Shown piece after piece: positions 51,011 to 63,820 of a DNA stretch of 64,000 bases. Location of the stretch: positions 104,410,001 through 104,474,000 of the forward strand of contig NC_045696.1 of assembly GCF_009834535.1 (NCBI RefSeq), written 5' to 3'. The notes under the pieces are model-generated. The model was not told the DNA's origin, searched no databases, and saw only the letters and a program-made list of their open reading frames with translations. Position 1 is the first letter of the stretch, and each line of letters starts with the position of its first letter. The DNA comes from Camelus ferus (lineage: Eukaryota). The position numbers and the translations under genes were made by a program.

Positions 51011-52228
51011 TGTGAGATAATAAGAAACATATGTGTGTATATATAATATATATAACATACTATATATGATATAAAATATATAATATAATATTACATAATA
51101 TAAAATATAATACATATAACATTATATAATACAAATATATAATTTAATTATATAATATAACTATAATATACGATAGTAAGAAACCTATGTATATATCATA
51201 TGCCATATTATATAATATATAATATGGTGTATAGTATGTATTATATAACATAACATAATATATTACATAATAATAATAAATATATATATATAAGATTGGG
51301 CTTAACCTCTGGTTCCTGACCTTAAATTTTTTGTAAATAGGGGTGCTAGGAGAATCTTTTGTTCTAACATTTAGCCTTTGACCCCAATTCCTGACACAGA
51401 GCTCCCAAGACCCTGAGTCAATCTCCTGAGTGGTAGAAGCATCTGACCCCAAGCTCATAAACCCCTTGGAATCTGCTGTGTGATAGAAATGAGGAAAGTG
51501 GGCTCCTGGATGAGCGCCAGTCACCAGAAAGGCCAAGCCACCACTGGAGGCTTGGAACTTTAGTCCTACCCACCGTTCTCCAGGTAGGAGAGAGGGGAGA
51601 GGGACTGGAGATAGAGTTAAGGATCTATCATGCCTGTGTGGTGAAACCGTCATAAAAATCCCAGTAGAATGGGGTTCAGGGAACTTCTGGGTTGGGGAAC
51701 ACTTCTGTGTACTTGGAGGGTAACACCCCTGTTCCACGAAGACAGAAGCTCCCGTGTGGGCCACTCTGGACCTCGCCCTACGTATCTCTTCATCTGGCTG
51801 CTCGTCTGTATCCTTTATTTGTGTATTTTATTACATAATAAACTAGGTAAACCTGAGTAAGTGTTCCCCTGAATTCTGTGAGCTGTCCCAGCAAATGATC
51901 AAATCCAAGGAGGGGGCCGTGGGAACCTCCGATGTGTGGCCGAGCTGGACAGAAGCGGTGGGCGACCTGGGGACCTACGACTTGTGACTGGCATCTGAAG
52001 TGGGGGCAGTCTCATGCGACGGAGCCCCTAATCTCCGGGGTCTGTGCTAACTCCAGTTAGCATCAGAATTGAACTGAATTGTCGGACACCCAGCTGGTGT
52101 TGGAGAAAATTGCTTGGTGTGGAAAGATGAAAAAACAAACAAAAAAAACAACACACCTGGGATCAGAAGAGCTGTGCATGTGGTACAGGGTGAGAGTAAA
52201 GGAGAAACATGCAGGAGAGATTTCTACA
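51011..52228 (+). mobile_element. MER21-like ERVL solo LTR containing an expanded AT-rich repeat
   Basis: Begins tgtgagataataagaaa; cctgacacagagctcc, gacttgtgactggcatctgaagtggggg and gaattgaactgaattgtcggacacccagctgg motifs; near-TSD ctgag (51006-51010)/ctaag (52229-52233). Confidence 0.82.
51028..51292. repeat. AT-rich degenerate (TA)n/(TATAA)n low-complexity tract
   Basis: About 265 nt, overwhelmingly A/T, located inside the MER21-like LTR. Confidence 0.92.
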
Positions 52229-52605
52229 CTAAGGGTCTAAGGGAGGTTTTGCAACTCTCTGGTAAGGGGAGGGGGCTGAAGAGAGGGAGAGAAGACTGAG
52301 GGCAGCAGGCTCTCCCAGGTCCTCGCGGCCTGCAGGCTGCCTTGCCTCTCCTGTGGCTCTCCCTTGGAGATCCTGGATAAAAGCAACTCTACCCGATGCC
52401 ACGTATGACCCTGGGCCCTCAGTCTTTGTGTGAGGGGGACATTCTCCTTCCAAACCTCCTAATATAGCTGGGTCACGAAAAGGTCTTTTTCCCTCTGTCC
52501 CAAACTCTTGGATGAACTTTTTGTTTTCTTTTTAAGGAACTTCCTTAATAAATTGCATTTCCCACAAAATCCTGGGAGACAGACACATTTAAGTCACCCC
52601 CAAAA

Positions 52606-53094
52606 TGTAGGCAGAATACCGGCCCCTATGGATGTCTAAACCCTAAGCCCTGAGATCTGTGACTGTGTTACTTTCCACTGCAAAGGGACTTTTCAGAGGT
52701 GATTAAGTGAAGGGTTTTGAGATGAGAAATTGGCCTGGGTTATCTAGATAAACCTAATGTAATCTCCAGGGTCCTTGTAGTAAGTTAAGGGAGGTAGGAG
52801 AGTCAGAGCTTTCAGGATGAAGTGGAGGTCTGCGTGCTGTGACCGCTGACTTTAAAGGCAGAGGAAGGGCCTGTGAGCCAAGGAATGAGGTCAGCCTCCA
52901 GCAGCTGGGAAGGGCAAGGAAACCCATTCTCCCCTAGAGCTTTCCGAAAGAGCACAACCCTTCCAACACCTTGATTTCAGCCCCGATTTCAGACTTCTAT
53001 AAGATAATCTCCAAACCGCAAGATAATAAATATGTGTTGTTTGACGCTATGGAGTGTGTGGCAACTTGTAAAGTAACAATAGGAAACAAACACA
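52606..53094 (+). mobile_element. MaLR solo LTR (MLT1D-like)
   Basis: tgtaggcagaat start; gggcaaggaaacccattctcccctagagc and caccttgatttcagccc motifs; ends caataggaaacaaacaca. Confidence 0.85.
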
Positions 53095-53889
53095 ACCATC
53101 TCACCCAACTCGTAATCCCTGCTTCTCCAAACACACGGGTTTCCTCACTGTTGTCTCCTCGCACTAGGCTCCATTCTGGCACCCCACTTCCGTTGCTCAC
53201 CCCTCCTTCCCCTCCTTTTCCCACCCGGGTTGGCCCGCCCAGGCCAGCTCCCACCCCTCCACACCCCACTCCCCACACGGTTCCCACCTCCCCACCCCAG
53301 TCCCCAAATCCTCCGCTAATACCAGGCACAGCGGCTGTGACCTGTGAATCCCTTTAATATTTTGAAGAGTGCTTCTCATCACGTGTAACCAATGACCATT
53401 TTAGACAACAAACAAACAAGAATCTCATCTACCTAAAGACATTTAAACGGGTGAGGCAGGCCACACACAACACGGCTGGAGACCTATGGAATCTCCCCAA
53501 AGCCACGTTTCCCCACGAGCTCCATGCTGTTTAATAGGGGCTTGTTTTTCTGAAATGCCCGCGGATGCCTTCTGCATGGAAATGGCACGCAGGGATGTGG
53601 AGAGCCCGGCGGCTGGCGCTGGTCCACCCCTTATGTGCACACAGGTCTCTGCACCTCCAACCGCTCCTTCTGTCCAAGAGGTGTTCATTTGCTCCCAGTC
53701 CTTCCGTTTGGAGGTGTGGAATTGGTTGGCCTTGGTTCCAGGCAGTGCTAAGCCGAAAAGGCGTGCTTTTCGACATCTCTGAAATGTCTCCCCAGGGAAA
53801 TGTGCACTTTGAAGGCTCCCACTTCGTCATCCTGCCATCACCACTGACCCCCATTATGTGAGTAGCGCCCTCTCTCACCCACTTTGTGC

Positions 53890-54060
53890 CACTTGCTGGG
53901 CTAAGAACTTTGCATGCAGTGCCTTATTCCGTTCTCCCAACAACTCTTGGAGACAGTACTATTATTCTTCTCATTTTCCAGATCCATGGAGGCTCAGAGG
54001 GGTTAAGTAACTTGCCCAAGGTCACACAGTGAGTTTGTCTAGAGCCAGGCTGGAAAGCCT
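53890..54060 (-). mobile_element. MIR SINE
   Basis: ggaggctcagaggggttaagtaacttgcccaaggtcacacag core in reverse orientation. Confidence 0.78.
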
Positions 54061-54624
54061 CGCTGAGCAAAGTGTGAGCCGTCAGTCAGCAGCAGCCTTC
54101 TGCTAGAAACTAGAATCCCCGACCCCACCCCAACCTCCTGAAGCAGAATCTGCATCCTAACAAGATTAAAGCTGAGAAGCTCTGCTCTAAACCACTATGT
54201 GGTACTATCACTCAAGAAAGAAAAAACAACCAGTGATTGGATATGAATTTGAATAGTGGGTCTGGTAGGGATTCTTGCAGGACAAGGGGAAGTGGGCACT
54301 GTGGGATGCTGGAGGGCCTTGGAGAGGAGGTGAGGCTGCCTCAGGAAGCACCTCTTTTACTCCCTAAACACTGAGCTGTGGGGCACCTTCCTCCCTGCAC
54401 CTAGCCCCCAGGCCGGGCAGGGGCGGGCTGCTCCTACAGGCCGGGGGAGAACTGACAGCCGCTGTTTGTCCTTGCATGCGTGGTAGCTGCGGGCTGAAGA
54501 CATGCGAAGGCTGTTAAGACTGTAAGAGTGATGGGGACTGCTCTTGCTAACACCTCTGTCTGGACTGCGTTTTCAGACCCCGAGCTGAAGGAGAAAAGGA
54601 TAGAAATTCAAGCAAGCTAGCTAC

Positions 54625-54641
54625 AGAGAAGGAGAGAGAGG

Positions 54642-54730
<89 letters not shown>
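54625..54730. repeat. (GA)n polypurine microsatellite, about 105 nt
   Basis: Direct inspection. Confidence 0.97.
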
Positions 54731-54732
<2 letters not shown>

Positions 54733-57700
54733 ACAAGCGAGGCGGGGGAGGGGATGGATTGCTCTGGGAGGGGAGGTGCCTTGTGCAGCAAATGTGCTGC
54801 TTGCAGGGCTGGTTTTCTCCAAACCAGACTCACTCCATTAGGCAGGCAGGGGGTCCTCTCCACCCGCCAACACTCACCTAGAAGTGAGGGGAGCCAGGCT
54901 GGTACTCAACGACCACCATTACTGCTTTTAAACGCATCCATTTAGATCTCATTTATGTATTGATACCCACATCTTTCTTCATCAGATTTAGGATTAATTT
55001 GTTTTAATAATAGATGCTTAATAACCATCATTAATGGTAACAGCACTCATCATTTTCCATTAATGAAATAAAACCTTATCATTTTCAAAGAACTCGCAAT
55101 CTTATCCCACTTTCTCCTCAGAGTCCCTGGGAGGACGAATGGGGGAGTGTTACGTGCGTTCTGCAAATAAGAAGTCAGGCCTGCGGAGGCACCCCTATTC
55201 CATCAGAGGTAGTTTATGAGGGGGAAGGGAACTCCTGATTCTAGAAGGCATGGCTTCCTTGGTGTTTCCTCCCACACACTAAACACACATGCGGCCGAAT
55301 CAGCAGCAGCAACACTAGTCCAATGCAGGCAGAGAAATGGCAGACCCCCTCCCTCCACTGATTCAGGACTGGTGACCCCAGTTCTGCAGCCTCTGAACAC
55401 AGGTCATGTTGTAGATTTAGGACTGGAGACTCCTGCTTGGATGGTTTGCTTTGGTTCCCTGGTGAGATCCCCGTATCTACTATGAAGTTTCTCTCTCCTT
55501 CACCGATGGAAGCGTATTCCTAATTTTTAAATATGCTTTTCTTCTGTGGTCATCCACACATGTATACATGCTGCTTGGTTTGTTTTCTCAACTCCCCGAT
55601 ATATTTTCTGTGTCCTTAAACCATTACCAGTGAGGCTGGTTTGGGGACCAGCCCCTGATAGTCAATGAGAAGAAAGGCCTTAGTGTCATGCTGGGTGGAA
55701 GGAGGGGATATTTATGACCAGAATCCTTGGGGATCATGGGCTGACTTTGAATTCCTGAACCCCAACTTGGGGGCCCCTAACCTGGACCTTCCTGGCTCCC
55801 CATGCAGTATCCTGATATCCACACCTTGCCCTCTTCTCAATGAGAACATTTGCCTTTTTTTTTTTTTTTTTTTTTTACAGGAGTCTTAGGTATGTGGACC
55901 CCATGAATGAAGAGGGATGGAACTTCAGGAACCTGACAGGCTGATCGGAGACACTCCCTGAGAAATATCTGGAGATGGAGGGGTAGTACCCTTCCCCACA
56001 CTGAAGGTGCTCCTGCCAGTGAGCAGAGCTGTCTGGCACAAAGACCAGCTCCCTACCCCACCCCTCCACCATCTCTAAATGCTGCTCCAGCCACCCAAGC
56101 TGTAGGGCAACTCTGCCCCAGTTTGTGGGGCTGGTATCCTCCCACGTGCTTGGCTGACCATTTAATTACAGGGTCCAACCAAACTGATTACACTTTTGGG
56201 ACCTTGCAGACATCAGGTAATTAAAGGCCACCTCACTGCTGAGCTCTGGAGAGGGAGAGTCTTCTCAGTGCCATCAGTACACAGGGCTGTCCATCATGCA
56301 GTGAAAAGGAAACCTTGAGACCAAGGGAATTAAAAAAGAGAAACATCTGGAGATGGCAGACTCCCTAAGGGCTCAGTATTGGGTTGACATTTTCAAAGTC
56401 AGAGAGGTAGTACATAATTTTTTTTTCTAGCAAAATCCATCATCACAGAAATCCAGTTTTGTCATCAGATTATATGACTGAGCCACAGCTGGTAAGAGCT
56501 GAGTTACATGAAGATTAAACAACATAAACCAGCTAGTGCAGTGTTGGGCACATAGTAAGTGCTCAATAAATGGTTATTATTATTATATGATCATTGTTAA
56601 GTATTTGAGTTAGTGCAAAAACATTCATCAAATGCCCACAGTGTCAGGCACAGCACTCAGCATTGGGGACTCTGAGGAATGCTGTCCTTGTAGGTTCTTG
56701 GGATTTCCAATGACAAATGGAACCAAGGCTGAGAGGAGATGCTTCCAGAACCCAAGCCTTACACATGGTATGAGATGTGAGTTCAAGGCCACCTGCTGGT
56801 GTGAGAAGAGGCGATGACAACGGCCTGGCGGCTGCACTGGGTCAGCCTCAAGTACCCACGTTAGCCACTCTTGGGGGGACAGAGGAGGGTGGCCCCAAGG
56901 CTATGACTCTTACTGGAGAGACTGGATTAGTGCACAGCAAAGATTGTTGAGTTATATTTATACCCTGGCCCATCCTGAAGCAGACTGTGTGTGGCTTATG
57001 AGGATAAAAATCAATACTTAAAAAATCAGTCAGAAAACAGGAAGAAGCCATGGAAGGGAGAATGTGGGAAGGAGAGCCTGTCCGACACCTCCCTGGGCCA
57101 CCTCAGGTCTCAGCACCATCTCTCTGCAGGAGGCAGGGAGGGTCACGACCACACTTGGTTCCAGCTGCCACTGTGGCAAGTACATCTCTGCACGGTCCGC
57201 CCAGCTGCTGCCCAGTGACGGGCTTCTCAAGCCGCAGCCCAGCAGCCCCTCAGCCTGCCGGGGGCTCCCCAGCCACCTCTGAGCCCTGAGACACAGCAGG
57301 ACTCCTGTCACCCACACATACTGGGGTGTGAACGCTCCTGGGGCAACTGGGAGACGGGTGTCAGTGGACAAGTTCTTCTCCCTTTCTCTCCTCACATAAG
57401 ACACGGTGGTCAGTTATTCATAGTTAATAACTACTTTGGAAGAGCAATCAGCCGAACTTGGTCACAAGCAGTGCCCAAGCTTGGGAACGCCACCTCTTTA
57501 TGTATCTTCCTCATCCCCCGCCTCACGCTCCCCTCCCTCTCATCTCCCTGGGCTTAGCCTCCTTACTGTAAAGGAGACACTCATCAGTTTTGGCCCCAGG
57601 CTTGGCTTTCTAGGACACCAGCTAAGACAGAAAGTTAAGATGAAGCTTTGAAGGGAGTCTCTGTGGTTTGTCCCCTAAATGTGTGCTGAAAGGGTCTACA

Positions 57701-58009
57701 TTCCTTAGCAGAAGGGCTGCCAGCTTGTTCCACACTTTATAGACGCCGATGCTCTGAGCCAGCATGAGTCGTGTTGCTGTATCCCGCCCAGCAAATGAAG
57801 CAGAGCTCCCTCTTAGTGTGTCCAGACACTAGTCTTTCTTGTGGGTTCCCAAAAGGAGACGTCATGTGATGTAGAGATCACTGTTCTCAACATCACCCTT
57901 TCTTAATCCAATAGTGAGTTCAGGAGGCTGGTTCTTACAACACCCTTCAACGTGGTCTGAAAGTTTAACATCAAGGTCTACTCCAGTAAGCACACGGAGC
58001 TAGCAAGAC

Positions 58010-58230
58010 GGTGTAGTGCACAATTGCCAACAAGGGCTTTGAAGTGGCACGGGCTTAGGTGTGATTTCCAGATCTGCCACTGACCACCTGCATGACCCGG
58101 GGCCAATTAAACTTCCTAAGCCTCAGTCTTCTTCATCTGTAAAATGGGTTATGGTAAGGACAAATAAGATAATGCATAAAACCTGCTCAATTCAACACTC
58201 AGCACACAGTAAGTAGTCAGTAGAAATTGC
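58010..58230 (+). mobile_element. MIR SINE
   Basis: tctgccactgacc...agcctcagtcttcttcatctgtaaaatggg...agcacacagtaagt. Confidence 0.75.
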
Positions 58231-58594
58231 TATTGATAAAACTGTTCTGAGAGGGGCCCTGGGATGAAGTCCAGGTACAATGTGGTTCTCAGATGGTCTG
58301 TCTTAATTCAAGGGGTAAGTGGAGTGGATTTTGAGTTGTAGATCCCATTTTTTCCCCAAATAATCATACAAACAACCATATATTTTAAATTGTGAAATGC
58401 TTGGAAGGAATTGCTTAGGAAGGGACAGAGTTTTAATAGGGGGTTCTGTAGTCTAGGAGTTTGGAGAAGGCTTGTTGAAAAGCCTAGGACCATGCCTCCC
58501 TCCCCCGACTGGTGTGACGGACAATGTGATTCACAGCTGTGGGCAAGGGCAGCCTTCACGGATGGTTGGCCCCTCAGCTGCCTCAGGAGGCAAT

Positions 58595-58810
58595 GCGCTG
58601 TAGTGGAAAGAACACAGGTTTGTAGGGAGACCAACTAAGGGGCTGTGTGGCTTAAAACCAGCCACTTCACTGCTCTGAGCCTCAGGTCTCCCATCTGTGA
58701 AATGGGGGTAATGGTTCTTCTTTGCAGACTGTTGTGACGATTAAAAGAGTGAATGTAGGCAAAGCACCTGGAGCAGATCCCAACACAGAAAGGCTCAGTA
58801 ACGTTCAGTC
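58595..58810 (+). mobile_element. MIR SINE
   Basis: tgtagtggaaagaac...ctctgagcctcaggtctcccatctgtgaaatggggg. Confidence 0.7.
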
Positions 58811-60249
58811 CTTCAAACCCCTTCTTCCTCCTGTGGAATTACGACCAGGTACTGTCATCTAGCCCCCGGTATGACACAGCAGGGGTTTTGCCAAGCATGT
58901 CTTTGTGACCCCACAGAAGCCAGCTTAATGACTAGTATAAAGCAGGTAGACACAGTAGGCACTGCTCACAACATATCTGACTGAAGAAGCAAACTTGTCA
59001 CATTGCCCTTAGGGTCCACGGCTAATGCTACAGCTGTAAGAACAGCACGACTGAGATTCCACACAAACCCTGTAATGCATGCAAATGATTCTCCACCATC
59101 CTAAATAATAACACAGATTTAATTAAAAACACTTTGAAACATCCTTTCAAAGCCTCCCTCCATCCCTCTGTTCCTTTATCAGACTCTCAATTTGCTGACT
59201 AGAGTGTGATTTTTGCTGAAACCTTTGAATGGCAAATCACATTTTCATCCCAAAGTGTCAGAGATAAAGGCATGTAACAGAATAAGATAATGAAAGGCCA
59301 AAGAGGTAAACCCAGCCTGGAGTGCAGCAGGAAGACATAAGCGGGCCTGTGATGTTCATGGGCTTCTTTTTTGTTTTTTTTTCTTTTGCTGATTAAACCA
59401 AAGGTCTTTGCTGTAAATTAGAACCATGTTCTCCTGAAATATTAATCTATATTTCAAGTTAAAAAAAAAAAAGTCCATGGTTGATTATAACAATTCAAAC
59501 TGCCGGTGAGTGTCCTTGGTCAAGATGAGCAGGAATCAAACTTTTTGCGGAACATTCCTTACATGGTGGGAGGCGCCTACCTCCCGTGGGAGCAGAGTTT
59601 ACCTACAGACTTCTGACCTCCTCTCATCTATGTTCATTTCAGCCATCCACCCACCCACTCATCCATCCATCCTTGCATCGTGCATATACTCACTAAGCCC
59701 CTGCTATGAGCCAAGTGCTGCTTCAGTTTTAGGGACACAGCAAGAAATAAGACAGATGAAGTTCCTGCCCTCATGAAGAGAGACTACATAATTACATAAA
59801 CACATAGTTACACAGTTTAAACCAGGGTTGTCCATATTCATATTCATTCAACCAAATTTCCTCCAGCAAAGTGCAAAAGGCTGATATCCTGGTTGCTGAG
59901 GGAGCAACCATGTTTTCCTGGGAGGGTAAGGGCCCTCTCTGATTTAGCCCTGCAGTCTCAGTTTCTAGCACGAAACCCAGAACACAGTACACACTCAGGA
60001 AAAGTGTGTTCAACAAGAGAATGTACTCTGGGGCTACTCAAGGACAGAGACACCGTCTTATCTGCCTCTGCATAGAACACTCTAGATAGGTCTTAATTCA
60101 TTCAACTAGCATTTTCTGAGACCCATTCATCTCCCAAATATTGAACATGTGTTTAGTGAACATATGCATGTGTTTCTGCTGGGTAGACCACTAGGAATGA
60201 AAGTCTGGGAGTACCAGGAGAGCTGCTAGGACAGAGCAGGGGATGGCTG

Positions 60250-60490
60250 GCAAACAGTTTTCCAAAGTGGTTGTACCAACTGACATTCTCAAGCAGTACC
60301 AAAGAGTTCCAGCTGTTTTACATTCCTGCCAAATCTTGGTTTTGTCTCCCCCCCTTTTCTTCTCTCTTTTCTTTCTCTTAATATAACTCACTGTGGATTT
60401 AATTTGCAGTTCCCCGATGTCTAATGATGTTGAGTCCCTTTTCAAGTGTCTACTGGCCATTTGGATAACTTCTGTGAAGCACTTGTGTGC
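60250..60490 (-). mobile_element. Old L1M fragment
   Basis: ttttccaaagtggttgtacca...agagttccagctg...taatgatgttgag...ttttcaagtgtctactggccatttggata; minus ORF contains IQMASRHLKR, an L1 ORF2-like motif. Confidence 0.7.
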
Positions 60491-62099
60491 GTGTTCTGGG
60501 GGTCTAGGGTTTCTGTCTGCCTTGTTCACTGTGGGCCCTCAGGCTCCAGAAAACTCCTGCCACATACCAGGTGCGCCAAGGATGTATCTGTTAAATAACT
60601 GTGCAAGTTCACATAACTTTTCTACTTTCATTTTCTTCATATTTTTAAAAGTCAGCTCATTATTGCTTAAATAAACTGACTTAAAAAGTAATTTATATCA
60701 TTTCATAGCTCTGAAATCATGGTTGTAAATTGCAAGTTACACTTTGGCTCTTAAACATTAAAATAAATGGGCAACAATTTTTAAAAACTCCATTCGTGTA
60801 TTGCTAATTTCTCCCCCTTAATGCCACTGATGATACTCTAATATCTCCCAAATGAAATGAGCTGATTCCCGTGACACATGTAAGTGCCCTTACACGTTGG
60901 CTGTGACTAGCTTTCCTCACACCAGCTCCATGTGAACCACACCCGGGGCAAGGGTGGAGCGTGTGCTCAGGAACTGTGTGTCAGTCAGGCAGGGGGACTG
61001 CTGTCCCTGGGATGTCTTTAAAAAGACGGCCAAGGCCAGGGAGCAGACTGGACTGAAGACTGGAGGGGCCAGACGAGTGAGACCCGTGGAGACACAGAAA
61101 GACAAATTAACACTTAATTCTGGTTGTGATGTAAAGCATGTTTTTCAAGATTTTAAGTGACCAATTGTGCTTTACTCCATGGATAAAAAGCCTTGAGTCT
61201 ATTAGGGATAAATGGCTTGCAGGGGATTGAGACTGTGCTCAAATCTTATTAGACTAACAGGCTTTAAATGTTCTGCCTCTCTCCCTAGATAAGTGGCTGT
61301 TAGATGGAGTACAGAGATGGTGCAGCCTCCGGTAATAAAGTGTAACGAGGAAGCCTTCTCAGCTTCTTTAACTGACCACGTGTGAGCCTGCCCTGATGTC
61401 ACAGCCAGGAAGGCTGGTCTGTGGGACCTTTGCAAGATGTGGGGTCTGCCCCATGGTGACTGAGGGGGTGAAGACATTGCCCTTAAGTGAAAGATGGAAA
61501 ATCACAGAATCCTGTTCTCAGAAGCCAAGTCTGCTCAGGACATAGTCTTAGGGGATGTGCCACATTCTGAAGTGGTCCAGGGCAGTTTAAGCAGTGAGGA
61601 TGAATGACAGCCTTCTCTGTGGCTCAGCCTTAGGGACCTGGAGTGAAAGTCAGTGGGAAATCCCTAGGTTGTGGGTCAAATGATTCTGCACCGTTGCCCA
61701 TTAGCTGCTTCTTCTAGGGATGAGTGTGTGACACACAGGCATTGAAGGGCACTTGTGTCCAGCCCTGGCACCAGGAGGAAGGGATCCTTCCTTCGTAAGG
61801 AGATTTAAAAGCTGCCTCCCATCTCCGTGGAGATGGAGACAGGCACAGAGGAGAGTAACTGATATGGACCCCATCCGGTCCACAGAGCAGAGACCTAGGC
61901 TACCATGCCCTCCAATGGGCTGAGCAGGAGAAGGAAGCAAAGACTTGAAGCTTTCACATCTTTGGGCTGCATGAGTCAGTGCTTAAGCAAATGTGAGAAC
62001 CTCTGCAATGGGAACAGGAATTGAGAAATCTCAGGGTAGCCTGTGGTGCCCAGGGAAGGCGCCGGTCAGACCGAGAGGGAGGCAGAAAGCTACACTTCA

Positions 62100-62290
62100 T
62101 GCAATGTGCTGTGTCACCACATTTAGTCCTCCCAACCCTATGGAGGGTTATTTTATCCCCATCTTACAGATGGGGAAACCGAGACACCATGAAGGTATTA
62201 ACTTTCTCAAGTTTACACATGGGAGAGCTGGGATTCAAACCCAGGAAGTCAAGTTCCAAAATCTAAACACTTATCCACAAAGCCAGGCTA
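62100..62290 (-). mobile_element. MIR SINE
   Basis: atccccatcttacagatggggaaaccgag...gagctgggattcaaacccagg. Confidence 0.75.
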
Positions 62291-63224
62291 CCATTCACAG
62301 CCAAGTCCATGAGAGGGCACGGTCTCTTGTTTTTATAAAGACTGGAATTCCAGAATCCTCCAGGGTGCTTTCAAACTGGTTAAGCCAAGCCTCTGATCTC
62401 TAGTATGGGCAAAGCAAAGTAAAAATAAGGACAATGATAAAACAATATCATTTATTATCATCTGGCATGAATCAGGGGCTCTATGCAGATATCTAATACT
62501 CATTAACCCATTTTTCAAATGAGGACATGGGAGTGTGGAGGGCTTAAGTAATATTCCTAAGTTCCCACTGCTAAAGGATGGCCACAGTGAGATGTGAACC
62601 TGAGGTTTTCTGCTCAAACACCACGCTCTCACTTCTGTGTGCTTCCTTCTGCCCTCTGAGGCCGTGCATCTTCTCCAAGTGAAACGCACACACAACTGGT
62701 CTTCCTCTTTCAGGCGCCCTGGGAAGGTCAAGCCTCATCTGCCACCCGAGCAAGTGGCTGCAGGCAGACGCACACCTGCCCTGCAGCATTCACGTGACGT
62801 CCCCTCACTCTGCTTGTGTTCTTATTAAAACAAAAAGCTGTATTACTTTGCTGTTTTACTTGGTAAAAATTTTAACGTTTATCATTTGTGCTTTTCTGTT
62901 GCCAACCCCTTCAACTCCTGGCCTGCCCAGCCCACTGCCATAGACATACCAGTCGTATCCGTCAGGGAACCTAGATCCACGACTTTCCTGGCGAAAGAGT
63001 GTAGGTTTGGTTCAGTTCTCAGCTCTTCTATTTACTAGCCAGTTGATGAGGGCAAGTTGTTCTATTTCCTGTCTAAGCCTCAGTTACCTCCCATCTGAGT
63101 AATGGGACAATACTCAACTCTAAGCTCCTTCAGGACCAGGATAGAACTTCACTCACTGCTGCAGCACCTGGCAATGTACCCCGCACACAGCAGCCTTCCC
63201 TCAACACATGCTGCTTCCTTTTAA

Positions 63225-63820
63225 AGTTGCTTTTTTTATTCTACCATAAAACAAGATGCTGAAAGGCATACAAAACAAGCTTAGAGCTTAATTCTAGACT
63301 GAATTTCCTTCCAGCCACTGACTAGGCTGAGAAAGAACTTTACAGCTCCCAGGAGCCCATCCTGGGTCCCACCACAGTCACAACCCCTTTCCTCCTCCCG
63401 AGAGGATCCAATGCCCTGACTTTTACAGTCTTCACTTCTACAGTTTTATCACTCAAATCTGTATCCCTAGACACTGCATTTTAGTTTTTCCCATAAAGAA
63501 CCTAATCTGTTACTCTTTAAAGTCCTTTTTAATCTATAGATTTCTCCTCCATTGCTTTCTTTTCCCACAGTTTATCTGCTGAAGAACGTGGGACATTTGA
63601 CCTGTGGAATTTCCCAGTCTGGATTTTGTTAATTGCACACCCACACGCAGTTCAAAATGTTGCTCTGTCCCAGCATTTCCTGCCAATAGGCAACCAGATT
63701 CAGGCTCATCTCGCTCATTTTCCACCTCAAACTTGGAATTAGCTATTTCTTCAAGAAAACCTAGTTTCTCTTAATGCAAATGATAATACTAAGTTCACAA
63801 TCTGGATAATGAAAGCAGAG
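63225..63820 (-). mobile_element. Old L1M 3' UTR fragments
   Basis: Degenerate L1M-like motifs (ccctgacttttacagtc, gaatttcccagtctggattttg, gaattagctatttcttcaagaa). Confidence 0.5.

Noticed and set aside
51144..51764. 206-aa minus-strand ORF with a hydrophobic Tyr/Ile-rich tail
   Set aside because: Translation of the MER21-like LTR plus the AT-rich repeat
54547..54863. (SL)n-repeat ORFs
   Set aside because: Translation of the (GA)n microsatellite
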